DNA of 64,000 bases from an uncultured Chitinophagaceae bacterium. GTDB lineage: Bacteria; Bacteroidota; Ignavibacteria; UBA10030; UBA8401. Below the pieces are notes generated by a model. The model did not search any database and was not told the origin of the DNA. It was given only the letters and a program-made list of their open reading frames with translations. The position numbers and the translations under genes are program-made. Below are positions 9,939 through 18,910 of the stretch, piece after piece (within the stretch, counting starts at the first letter, position 1; each line of letters starts with the position of its first letter). The DNA lies in the NCBI GenBank assembly GCA_964384415.1, contig CAYLMV010000003.1, positions 6,840 to 70,839 on the forward strand. Reading direction: 5' to 3'.

Positions 9939-12900
9939 TTATTTGTGCTGTTCGCTGGTCGCGCCGTCAAACTTCAACGATGCAAGCTGCTCATAATAGT
10001 GCCACCGAGACGTTACGTCCTCCTGGGCAAGCTTCATCAGCCGCTTGGCTTCCTCCGGAGCGCTCTTCGTGAGCATCTTGTAACGGATCTCCTTGTAGGC
10101 ATACTCTTCGAACCGCAGTTTCGGGCTCTTCGAGTCGAGCTTGAACGGATTCTGACCCTGCTTCGCAAGCTCAGGATTGTACCGGAACAACGGCCAATGC
10201 GCAGAATCGACAGCGGCTTTCTGACTATCCAGCCCGAACTTCATATTGATGCCGTGGGCGATGCAATGAGCGTAGGCGATGATCAATGAGGGCCCATCGT
10301 ATGCTTCGGCTTCCAAAAATGCCTTTACTGTATGGAGGTCGTTTGCTCCCATGGCAATCTGCGCAACGTAGACGTTGCCGTAGGTCATCGCAATCAATCC
10401 AAGGTCTTTCTTCTTAAGAGGCTTGCCGCCTGCCGCAAATTTCGCTACGGCTCCACGCGGCGTCGACTTGGACATCTGTCCGCCCGTATTCGAATAGACT
10501 TCGGTGTCGAGAACTAGAATATTGACGTTCCGCCCCGAGGCGATAACGTGGTCCAATCCTCCGTACCCGATATCATAGGCCCATCCATCGCCACCCATAA
10601 TCCACACGCTTTTCTTCACAAGAAAATCGGCTATGGAAAGGAGCTGTTGGGCATCCGTCGACTTGTCCCCTTTCAGTTTTCCTTTCAGGATCGCGATCCG
10701 TTCCCGCTGTTCGTAGATCTTCGCCTCGTCCGATTGATCGGCATTCAGAATTGCATTCGTCAACTCCTCGCCGAGAGTCGGCGAAAGTTTCTTGAGAAGT
10801 TCAGAGGCAAATTCCTTCTGCTTGTCGATCGAGAGACGGTATCCGAGGCCGAACTCCGCGTTGTCCTCGAAAAGCGAATTCGACCATGCAGGTCCGCGTC
10901 CGTCAGCATTCTTCGTCCAGGGAGTCGTCGGCAGGTTGCCTCCGTAAATCGACGAGCAGCCAGTCGCGTTCGCAACGATCGTTCGGTCGCCGAACAACTG
11001 CGTCACGAGTTTCACATACGGCGTCTCGCCGCAGCCCGAACATGCGCCCGAGAACTCAAACAGGGGCTGCAAGAACTGCGAGCCTTTGATGGTATCCACT
11101 TTTGCCGTGCGGCGGTCTGCTTCGGGAAGCGTCAGGAAGAAATCCCAGTTCGCCCGTTCCTGTTCCCGGACGGCCGGCTGAGGCACCATGTTGAGCGCCT
11201 TCAGTCTGGTCTCGGCTTTGTTCTTGACCGGGCATACTTCAAAGCAAAGCTCGCACCCCGTGCAATCTTCAGGCGCCACTTGAATTGAATAGCTCATTCC
11301 TTCGTACTCTTTGCCGCGGTAGGCTGTGCTCTTGAATGTTTTCGGGGCGCCGGCCAGGAGGCTCTTGTCATAGACTTTGATCCTGATGCTTGCATGCGGA
11401 CAAACCATCGCACACTTTCCGCACTGGATGCAAATTGAATCATCCCAGGCAGGAATATCGAGCGCAATATTTCTTTTCTCCCACATCGCTGTGCCCGTGG
11501 GGAATGTCCCGTCTGCCGGCATTGCACTCACCGGGAGGTCGTTGCCGTTTCCCTCGATGATCTTCGCGAGCACGTCCTTCACGAAATCCGGAGCGCTCTT
11601 CGAAACCACCGGCGGCAATTGCAGCACGCTGTCGGCCTTTGCCGGAACGGTGACTTTGAAAAGATTCGCGAGCGTCTGATCGACGGCGTCGAAGTTCATT
11701 TTCACAATATCTTCGCCCTTCTTGCCGTAGGTCTTTTTAATTGATTTCTTGATCGCCTCGATCGCTTCATCCTTCGGCAGAACGCCGGAGATTGCGAAGA
11801 AGCAGGTTTGCATGATGGTGTTGACCCTTCCTCCCATGCCGGTCTTCGCGGCAACTTCGTACCCGTCGATGACATAGAAGTTGAGTTTTTTCCTGATCAT
11901 CTCATCCTGCATCGTCCGAGGAAGTTTGCTCCACACTTCATCCTTGGAGTATTGACTGTTCAGCAGGAATGTTCCGCCCTCCACCAGATCGCGCAAGACG
12001 TCGTACTTTTCAAGAAACATCCACTGGTGACATCCGACAAAGTTCGCTTTGTCGATGAGGTAGGAAGACCGAATCGGCCTTGGACCGAAGCGAAGGTGAG
12101 AGACCGTCGTCGTGCCGGACTTCTTCGAATCATAGACGAAGTAGCCCTGGGCATAGTTCGGCGTGTCTTCTCCGATAATCTTGATGGAATTCTTGTTCGC
12201 CCCGACGGTACCATCCGAACCGAGACCGTAGAACATCGCACGAACGACATCGCTCTTCTCCGTTGTGAACGATGCATCGTAGGAAAGGCTCGTATGGGAA
12301 ACGTCGTCGTTGATCCCGACGGTGAAATGGTTTTTCGACTTTGCCGATTTTAGTTCGTCGTAGACAGCCTTGACCATTGCCGGAGTGAATTCTTTGGACG
12401 ACAAGCCGTACCGTCCGCCGATGACCCGCGGGAAAACCGTGAACGGCGCCAACCCATCGGCCATGGCTTCGCCGATGGCCGTAACGATATCCTGGTAGAG
12501 GGGCTCGCCCACTCCGCCCGGCTCTTTGGTCCTGTCCAGCACCGCGATCGACTTCACGGTTTTCGGAAGGGCTGCCACGAAATGCTTCACTGAGAATGGA
12601 CGGAAAAGATGAACTTTTACAACTCCGATTTTTTCACCTTTGGCGAGGAGTGCTTCCACCGTTTCGTGGACTGCCTCCGCTCCGGAACCCATGATCACGA
12701 TGACCCTTTCAGCGTCCGGCGCTCCGAAATATTCAAAAAGATGATACTGGCGGCCTACGATTCCTGCAAACTTATCCATCGCCCGCTGAACTGTTTCGGG
12801 GCACGCCGAATAATACGGGTTCACGGTCTCGCGCGATTGGAAGTACGTGTCCGGATTCTGCGCGGTGCCGCGTAGGACCGGAGCTTCAGGAGTCAACGCC

Positions 12901-13538
12901 CGCTTGCGGTGAGCAAACACCAGGTTGTCGTCGATCATTGCTCGGATGTCGGCGACCGTCAATTGCTCGATCTTCATAACCTCTGCCGATGTCCTGAATC
13001 CGTCAAAGAAATGAAGAAACGGAACTCTGGATTCAAGCGTTGCCGCCTGTGAAATAAGGGCAAAGTCCATGACTTCCTGAACGGAATGAGACGCGAGCAT
13101 TGCGAAGCCCGTGGAACGTACGGACATCACGTCACTATGATCTCCAAAAATCGACAACGTTTGAGTCGCGAGCGAGCGCGCTGAAACGTGAAAAACTGTC
13201 GAGGTCAACTCTCCCGCTATTTTGAACATGTTGGGGATCATGAGCAGCAAGCCTTGCGACGCCGTAAAGGTCGTCGTCATGGATCCTGTCTGCAATGCGC
13301 CATGGACAGCGCCCGACGCGCCTCCTTCGCTCTGCATCTCGGCAACCAGCGGTACGGTTCCCCAGATATTCTTCTTCCCTTCTGCGGACCACTGATCGCA
13401 CCATTCGCCCATTCCCGAGGAAGGGGTAATCGGATAGATTGCGATGACTTCATTCGTCTTGTGTGCAACGTATGCTGCAGCTTCGTTGCCGTCTATTGTG
13501 ACCATTTGTCTTTTGTCTGATGGAGCTTCACTAGCCAT
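9939..13538 (-). CDS. nifJ: Pyruvate:ferredoxin (flavodoxin) oxidoreductase, single-chain PFOR
   Basis: ~1200 aa. Two CxxCxxCxxxCP ferredoxin motifs (CIQCGKCAMVCP, CTGCELCFEVCP) and a TPP-binding GDGW...TGGQ domain. The start is set at 13538 (MASEAPSDKRQMVTIDGNEAAAY), which is preceded by an AAGGA RBS; the 54-codon upstream extension is judged to be 5'UTR. Confidence 0.9.
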   Translation of the reverse strand: MASEAPSDKRQMVTIDGNEAAAYVAHKTNEVIAIYPITPSSGMGEWCDQWSAEGKKNIWGTVPLVAEMQSEGGASGAVHGALQTGSMTTTFTASQGLLLMIPNMFKIAGELTSTVFHVSARSLATQTLSIFGDHSDVMSVRSTGFAMLASHSVQEVMDFALISQAATLESRVPFLHFFDGFRTSAEVMKIEQLTVADIRAMIDDNLVFAHRKRALTPEAPVLRGTAQNPDTYFQSRETVNPYYSACPETVQRAMDKFAGIVGRQYHLFEYFGAPDAERVIVIMGSGAEAVHETVEALLAKGEKIGVVKVHLFRPFSVKHFVAALPKTVKSIAVLDRTKEPGGVGEPLYQDIVTAIGEAMADGLAPFTVFPRVIGGRYGLSSKEFTPAMVKAVYDELKSAKSKNHFTVGINDDVSHTSLSYDASFTTEKSDVVRAMFYGLGSDGTVGANKNSIKIIGEDTPNYAQGYFVYDSKKSGTTTVSHLRFGPRPIRSSYLIDKANFVGCHQWMFLEKYDVLRDLVEGGTFLLNSQYSKDEVWSKLPRTMQDEMIRKKLNFYVIDGYEVAAKTGMGGRVNTIMQTCFFAISGVLPKDEAIEAIKKSIKKTYGKKGEDIVKMNFDAVDQTLANLFKVTVPAKADSVLQLPPVVSKSAPDFVKDVLAKIIEGNGNDLPVSAMPADGTFPTGTAMWEKRNIALDIPAWDDSICIQCGKCAMVCPHASIRIKVYDKSLLAGAPKTFKSTAYRGKEYEGMSYSIQVAPEDCTGCELCFEVCPVKNKAETRLKALNMVPQPAVREQERANWDFFLTLPEADRRTAKVDTIKGSQFLQPLFEFSGACSGCGETPYVKLVTQLFGDRTIVANATGCSSIYGGNLPTTPWTKNADGRGPAWSNSLFEDNAEFGLGYRLSIDKQKEFASELLKKLSPTLGEELTNAILNADQSDEAKIYEQRERIAILKGKLKGDKSTDAQQLLSIADFLVKKSVWIMGGDGWAYDIGYGGLDHVIASGRNVNILVLDTEVYSNTGGQMSKSTPRGAVAKFAAGGKPLKKKDLGLIAMTYGNVYVAQIAMGANDLHTVKAFLEAEAYDGPSLIIAYAHCIAHGINMKFGLDSQKAAVDSAHWPLFRYNPELAKQGQNPFKLDSKSPKLRFEEYAYKEIRYKMLTKSAPEEAKRLMKLAQEDVTSRWHYYEQLASLKFDGATSEQHK

Positions 13539-13782
13539 TTTGTATAATCCTTTGAGGCAATAATGTGGGTGTGAAATTAAGATCAACTGCTGCAAAAAAT
13601 ACAAATATCGTGCTACTTTTCGGTTCATAAAAAGGGGAGAAAAAAGTGTGTGGAGAATCTTATTTACCAATTGTGGAAATGGGCAAAGGTCGATTCTCAA
13701 AAGTGGGAACGTAGTGGAAAAAAATCAGGCGAGCGTCAGCGAAAGAGGTTTTTGAAAATCAATCGAGGGAGATAAAGATAAT

Positions 13783-14163
13783 TTATTCGGAGTCGAGAAT
13801 TTCCCGGATGCGCTCCAGGATCACTTGCGGAACATACGGTTTTTGAAAAACATCGGATGCACCTCGCTTCATCAAATCCTCCTTTACGGTGACATCGACA
13901 AAGCCGCTTGCCAGAATCACTTTTACCGCCGGCTTCATGTCACGGAGTTTTTGAAAAACTTCCCATCCCCCCAGTTTCGGAAGTCCCATGTCCGTCAAGA
14001 CGAGAGCGATGGATTTTCCCTCCGCTCGAAAAATCTCGACCGCCTGTTCGCCATCTTTTGCAGTAATAACGTTGTAGCCCTCTTCTTCAAACAAGGATTT
14101 CAACAAATCCAGAAGCATCGATTCATCTTCTACAACAAGCAGTGTCTCCCTTCTGCCATTCAT
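13783..14163 (-). CDS. Single-domain response regulator (CheY-like receiver)
   Basis: 126 aa with LLVVEDE, LVLTDMGLP and KP receiver signatures. Confidence 0.8.
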   Translation of the reverse strand: MNGRRETLLVVEDESMLLDLLKSLFEEEGYNVITAKDGEQAVEIFRAEGKSIALVLTDMGLPKLGGWEVFQKLRDMKPAVKVILASGFVDVTVKEDLMKRGASDVFQKPYVPQVILERIREILDSE

Positions 14164-14311
14164 GATGCCTTCTTCCGCCGGTTGAAAACGAAGCTTTGCT
14201 TGCGCGCATGTGGTCGATAATACGTCTGCTGTGTTCCTGCTACAAAATGATTGCCCAATGGCTGCTCATTCAAATTTTTCCCGGAACGATGCCGAGCGCA
14301 ATGCTTCGGGT

Positions 14312-14842
14312 TTACGTGCCGACCTGCTTGTGCAAGTGTTCAAGGAGGAGCGTTGATTGATAGACCTCGACATCTTTGATTGCATTGTGGATTCGTTGGA
14401 GCGATGCCTCAATCTGGTCGAAATGCCGGGCGTTTCGCGGGTCGGAGGGATAATGTTTGCGCATCTCTTCCGCCGTCGAGCCGATGATCGCAAGGGGGTT
14501 GTTGATCGCATCCTGAAGGAGTCGAATGACGTTTTGCAGCACGGCGGAGGCGACTGCCGATTTTTCGACTTCCGATAAAATCTGCTGACGGCCCGATTCG
14601 TTGGTTTCGTACTTTTGTTTCATCGCTTGCGTTCGGGAGACAACATACACGACCAGCCACATCCAGAACAACGAATCATATTGAAGGACGAAATCGAAAA
14701 GCGTCAGATGCGATACTTCAGACCGCTTAAAAAAATTCAGTGTCGTAAAGAGATAATAACCGTAGATACCCAAAACGGAAAAGACTAGGGGGTATTTGCT
14801 GATCCACTGCGACAACCTCTTCCATATGGATTCCATCTTCAT
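14312..14842 (-). CDS. Hypothetical membrane protein
   Basis: 176 aa with two N-terminal TM helices and a helical cytoplasmic domain. No recognisable catalytic motif. Confidence 0.4.
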   Translation of the reverse strand: MKMESIWKRLSQWISKYPLVFSVLGIYGYYLFTTLNFFKRSEVSHLTLFDFVLQYDSLFWMWLVVYVVSRTQAMKQKYETNESGRQQILSEVEKSAVASAVLQNVIRLLQDAINNPLAIIGSTAEEMRKHYPSDPRNARHFDQIEASLQRIHNAIKDVEVYQSTLLLEHLHKQVGT

Positions 14843-15095
14843 GGATTCTCCTGAACGGTGAGAGTATTTCCCGGGGCTCTGTCGGATTGGCCCGCAGGAT
14901 TGGTCAATAAAGCAATTTCAATGAAATGGTACAGCTTTTTCGGAAGAGACACAAGATAATGGACCTATCTTGTGATGAGGGGGGACCATAAGGCGGGCCG
15001 CAGCGGAGACGAGGTTTGTCTCGCCAGAATTCGCGATTGCTGCCCTCCCCCGCCATCAGGCGCGAGCGGGGGAGCAATCATCAGGATGATATGTG

Positions 15096-15428
15096 TTAAT
15101 GCGTCAACTGTTCCTGGTGCACTTCGTTAATGGCTCCGATGATAAGCGGGAAGTACCGATCAAGAGGGCAATCGAGCATATTCCGGACGTAGCATTGTCC
15201 CGCCGGGGTCTGTTCTTCGCAATGGGCGCACACTTCGCCGCGAAGAGCCGTTACATAGTCCAGCACGTTGTCGCTGCGCGTGGTCTGCACCACATGAACC
15301 ACTCTTGAAAAATATTTTTTTAAACCGCAGTCGAACTGCGGGGAAAGGCGACAGTTACCGTGGCGGTCCCCATCGATGCATTTGACGCACACTTTTTGTT
15401 GAACAGCGTTCCAATACTTGGCAAGCAT
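15096..15428 (-). CDS. Cysteine-rich hypothetical protein (8 Cys, CxxC x2)
   Basis: The start is set at ATG 15428 (MLAKYWN), 5 nt after a GAGGAGG RBS. The motifs CVKC...C...C...CAHC...C...C suggest a metal-binding protein. Confidence 0.45.
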   Translation of the reverse strand: MLAKYWNAVQQKVCVKCIDGDRHGNCRLSPQFDCGLKKYFSRVVHVVQTTRSDNVLDYVTALRGEVCAHCEEQTPAGQCYVRNMLDCPLDRYFPLIIGAINEVHQEQLTH

Positions 15429-15445
15429 GACCGTCCTCCTCGCTA

Positions 15446-15637
15446 TTATGAAAGCCAATCGTCAAACTCCGTTTCGGGTATGTCGATTGGGAATGAATTG
15501 AAATTTTTGTTCCAATGGTCTTTTGCACCGAACGCCAGCACATGCGGCCTCGAGCTGCTAACAACAACCCGTGTCACCGCGAAGGCAACTGTCATGGCGA
15601 TGACCGTCGTTAGCGCTATCCATATCCCTTTTTTCAT
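15446..15637 (-). CDS. Small membrane-anchored hypothetical protein
   Basis: 63 aa starting MKKGIWIALTTVIAMTVAFAV (a TM anchor). Start chosen at the internal Met of the track ORF. Confidence 0.35.
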   Translation of the reverse strand: MKKGIWIALTTVIAMTVAFAVTRVVVSSSRPHVLAFGAKDHWNKNFNSFPIDIPETEFDDWLS

Positions 15638-15785
15638 TGATGAAACCTGCCCATAGTCTATTTCAATATTCCGTGGCTTCAGTAGAATGCTTGTATCGTA
15701 GAGGAACGTTCCAGTGTTGCGTACCCTGCGCACTGCGGAACGACAGCGCGCGCTAAATAACGTTCGATGCGGCGCTCACAGCTTG

Positions 15786-16049
15786 TCAGAGCCACACGTC
15801 CGTCGCCGAATCTTCCATCATCGGCGATGTCTTGGGATGCTTCGCCTCGTCCAGCACCGCGGCAACGCCCTCCATGCGCGTATGCGCCTCCATCACCTTT
15901 CCGCGCACCTTGTCAAAATCCAGCGGGAAATGCGGATGGTCGCGGTACCAGTCGAGAACCTTCTCCATCTCCACCGTCAACACAAAGACCTGGTTGCATT
16001 CTTTTGCAACCCAGTCAAATTTTTCTTTTGAGATCTGAACACAATTCAT
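15786..16049 (-). CDS. Hypothetical small protein
   Basis: 87-aa ORF co-oriented with its neighbours. No motif recognised. Confidence 0.3.
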   Translation of the reverse strand: MNCVQISKEKFDWVAKECNQVFVLTVEMEKVLDWYRDHPHFPLDFDKVRGKVMEAHTRMEGVAAVLDEAKHPKTSPMMEDSATDVWL

Positions 16050-16081
16050 TGTCGAATTCCTTCATGGTCGTACAGTAAAAC

Positions 16082-17395
16082 CTACGAATGCGATTGATGC
16101 GTTTTGAATGTTACACGAGCGGCGTCGATGAGCTCATCGTGAAAATGAGGATGGGCGACCGCGATAAGGGCATCGGCCCGCTGCCTCATGTTCTTCCCAT
16201 GCAGCGACGCGACGCCGAATTCGGTGACAACATAATGGACGTCCGCGCGGGTCGTCACCACCCCCGCCCCCAATGCGAGCTGAGGGACAATGCGCGACAC
16301 CGTTCCGTTCTTTGCGGTAGACGGGAGAGCAATGATCGGTTTGCCCTGCTTCGAAGCAGCGGCCCCCCGAATGAAGTCGACCTGGCCGCCGAACCCGCTG
16401 TAAATTGTTTTTCCGATCGAATCCGCGCACACCTGACCCGTGATGTCAACTTCGATGGCCGAATTGATTGCGACCATTTTATCGTTGTGCGATATGATAA
16501 ACGGATTATTTGTGTAGCTGCAGGGATGGAGTTCAAAGTACGGATTATTGTGGACGTACTCGTAGAGCTCTTTTGTCCCGAGAACAAACGTCGCAATTAC
16601 TTTCCCCGGATGCAGCGATTTTTTCTGGTTCGTGATAATCCCTTTGTCAATGGCCTTCACGACGCCGTCGGACACCATTTCCGTATGAACGCCCAGGTTC
16701 TCTTTTCCGTCCAGATTCGAAAGAACCGCGTCGGGTATTCCGCCGATGCCGAGTTGGAGCGTCGACCCGTCTTCAATAAGTCCCGCGATGTGCGTGCCAA
16801 TCTTCATTTCAACTTCAGACGATCCGCTCCCGTGCTTCAAGGTCAGGAGCTCTTCCGAGCACTCGACGATCTTGTCGACGTGGGAGACATGGATGAACAC
16901 ATCGCCGAGGGTCCGGGGCATTTTTTCGTTCACCTGTGCAACCACCAGTTTCGCGCTCTCGGCAGCAGCCTTCGATGCCGCACATTCCACCCCAAGACTC
17001 ATAAACCCGTGATCATCGGGAGGAGAGAGATGGATGAAAGCGACATCCAGAGGAATTACGCCGTCGGTGAAGAGGGCGGGTATTTCCGAAAGGTGCACGG
17101 GAACCGCGTCGGCATTTCCTTCGGTGATTGCCTGCCGGTCCGCCGGACCCACAAAAAGCGAATTGTGCCGGAAGTGCGCCTCCATCCCCGGTTTCGAAAG
17201 AGGATCGTCTCCAAGCAAAAGGACATGGTTCACTTCAACGTGAAGCAGCTCATCACGGCGCGCAGCCATCCCATGCATCATCAGCAATGGCGTGGCAGCA
17301 TTGCCGCTGACAAAGATGCGATCTTCCGATTTGATCGTCGCGACCGCTTCTTCGACCGATGCAACCTTGGATTTATATTGTTCCAGCCAGTTCAT
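16082..17395 (-). CDS. Acetyl-CoA hydrolase/transferase family protein (4-hydroxybutyrate/succinyl-CoA:acetate CoA-transferase-like)
   Basis: 437 aa with an AcetylCoA_hydro N/C-domain layout. The plus-strand 458-aa ORF on the same span is an Arg-rich antisense artefact. Confidence 0.75.
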   Translation of the reverse strand: MNWLEQYKSKVASVEEAVATIKSEDRIFVSGNAATPLLMMHGMAARRDELLHVEVNHVLLLGDDPLSKPGMEAHFRHNSLFVGPADRQAITEGNADAVPVHLSEIPALFTDGVIPLDVAFIHLSPPDDHGFMSLGVECAASKAAAESAKLVVAQVNEKMPRTLGDVFIHVSHVDKIVECSEELLTLKHGSGSSEVEMKIGTHIAGLIEDGSTLQLGIGGIPDAVLSNLDGKENLGVHTEMVSDGVVKAIDKGIITNQKKSLHPGKVIATFVLGTKELYEYVHNNPYFELHPCSYTNNPFIISHNDKMVAINSAIEVDITGQVCADSIGKTIYSGFGGQVDFIRGAAASKQGKPIIALPSTAKNGTVSRIVPQLALGAGVVTTRADVHYVVTEFGVASLHGKNMRQRADALIAVAHPHFHDELIDAARVTFKTHQSHS

Positions 17396-17404
17396 AGTTC
17401 CCGT

Positions 17405-18547
17405 TCAGTTTCGAGACGGTTCGTGTGCGCTCGAGAGGAGGCGCAGCAAGTTGGTTCCCTGTAGATCGAATATTCTGGCAACGGACGCGTTCGTGCAATT
17501 CCCTTTAAACGTACAAACTCCATTCGCAAAACCGGGATTTGCGAGGATAGCCTTCTCCATTCCGACATCGGCGACCTGCAGAAGATAGGGAACGACGGCG
17601 TTCGTCAGAGCAGACGTCGCGGTGCGGCCGACAGCGGCCGTCATATTTGGCACACAATAGTGAACAACACCATGGCGAACGAATACCGGGTCGCTGAGCG
17701 TCGTCGGACGGCTTGTTTCTACGCAACCGCCCTGGTCAATCGAAAGATCGACGATCACAGAGCCGGGTTTCATCCCCTTCACCATCTCTTCGGAAACCAG
17801 GTGAGGAGTTTTTTCCCCTTTCAACAGGACAGCTCCGATCAGCGCATCGGCATATCCCACGGCACGTGCGATATTGTACTCGGAGGCAATCGCAGTTGTG
17901 ACCTTCCATTGAAGAAGTTCTTCTGCCTGGCGCAGGCGCGAAACGTCTCTGTCTAATAACGTGACGGAAGCGCCCATCCCTGTCGCTGTTCGGGCAGCGG
18001 TCTTGCCGACGGTGCCGGCGCCCAGAATGACAACCGACGCGGGGGGAATTCCGGGAATGCTTCCCAACAAGATGCCCCTTCCCCCCTCTTTGCCCTGCAG
18101 AAACTGAGCCGCCACCTGAACGGACATTTGCCCGCCGATTTCGCTCATCACCTGAAGCACCGAACACTCGCCCTGAGCGTTTTCGATAAGCTCATAGGCG
18201 ACAGCGGTGACTTCACGCTGCAACAGCGTCTCGATATGTTTCCGCTTGGAAATCGCTAAATGCAGGAAGGAGAAAATTGCCTGCCCCTTGGACATCTGGT
18301 GAAGCTCTTTCTCCGAGAGCGGAGAAATCTTCAGCACAATTTCCGATCTGTTGATGATCTCTTCTGCGCTGTAGGCGGTGACGCCGCCGGCGGCGATGTA
18401 GTCCTCATCACGAAAGAGCGCTGAGACGCCGGCTTGTCGTTCCACATGGACTGTATGCCCCGATGCCACAAGGGCTTGGACTCCGGCCGGCGAGAGCGCA
18501 ACTCTCCGCTCCAAAAGTCCGGTTTCTTTAAGTATTCCGATATTCAT
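17405..18547 (-). CDS. ald: Alanine dehydrogenase
   Basis: 380 aa with the NAD-binding VVILGAGTVG motif and an AlaDH N-terminal domain. Confidence 0.85.
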   Translation of the reverse strand: MNIGILKETGLLERRVALSPAGVQALVASGHTVHVERQAGVSALFRDEDYIAAGGVTAYSAEEIINRSEIVLKISPLSEKELHQMSKGQAIFSFLHLAISKRKHIETLLQREVTAVAYELIENAQGECSVLQVMSEIGGQMSVQVAAQFLQGKEGGRGILLGSIPGIPPASVVILGAGTVGKTAARTATGMGASVTLLDRDVSRLRQAEELLQWKVTTAIASEYNIARAVGYADALIGAVLLKGEKTPHLVSEEMVKGMKPGSVIVDLSIDQGGCVETSRPTTLSDPVFVRHGVVHYCVPNMTAAVGRTATSALTNAVVPYLLQVADVGMEKAILANPGFANGVCTFKGNCTNASVARIFDLQGTNLLRLLSSAHEPSRN

Positions 18548-18617
18548 AGTGACCGCGTTTCACACGTTCCGGTTGAACAATTGTTTGTTCACACCGAACG
18601 TTCTGAATGACCAAAGA

Positions 18618-18857
18618 TTAATTTCCTCGGTCTTTGATCGCGTCCATCGGGCAAACGGAGATCGCACGCTGCACATCTTCAAGCTCTTCGTTCCCCTCCG
18701 GTTGACGATAGATGTAATAAAAACAGGCCGAGTCGTCGAACGTGAAACTGTGAATTGCATACGACATGCAGAGACCGCATCCGTTGCAGCAGTCCATCAC
18801 ATAGAATCTTCCTGGCACATTTTCGACCAGCGGTTTTGGCAACGATTCCGTCATCAT
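18618..18857 (-). CDS. Small [4Fe-4S] ferredoxin
   Basis: Contains CCNGCGLC...CP. The start is set at MMTESL after a GGAGC RBS. Confidence 0.6.
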   Translation of the reverse strand: MMTESLPKPLVENVPGRFYVMDCCNGCGLCMSYAIHSFTFDDSACFYYIYRQPEGNEELEDVQRAISVCPMDAIKDRGN

Positions 18858-18910
18858 GGGTAGCTCCATCCAATTGTGAGATTAGTAACCGTGAATTTCT
18901 TTCTCTTCCG

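Noticed and set aside
10548-11288. 246-aa plus-strand ORF (and other plus ORFs within 9939-13700)
   Set aside because: It is embedded antisense in the PFOR gene, whose reading frame is continuous and motif-rich.
13539-13700. 54-codon N-terminal extension of PFOR
   Set aside because: The in-frame upstream region lacks an RBS and is not PFOR-like, while the internal ATG at 13538 has an AAGGA RBS and begins the conserved N-terminus.
16088-17464. 458-aa plus-strand ORF
   Set aside because: It is exactly antisense to the well-supported CoA-transferase gene. The translation is Arg-rich and low-complexity with no domain features.
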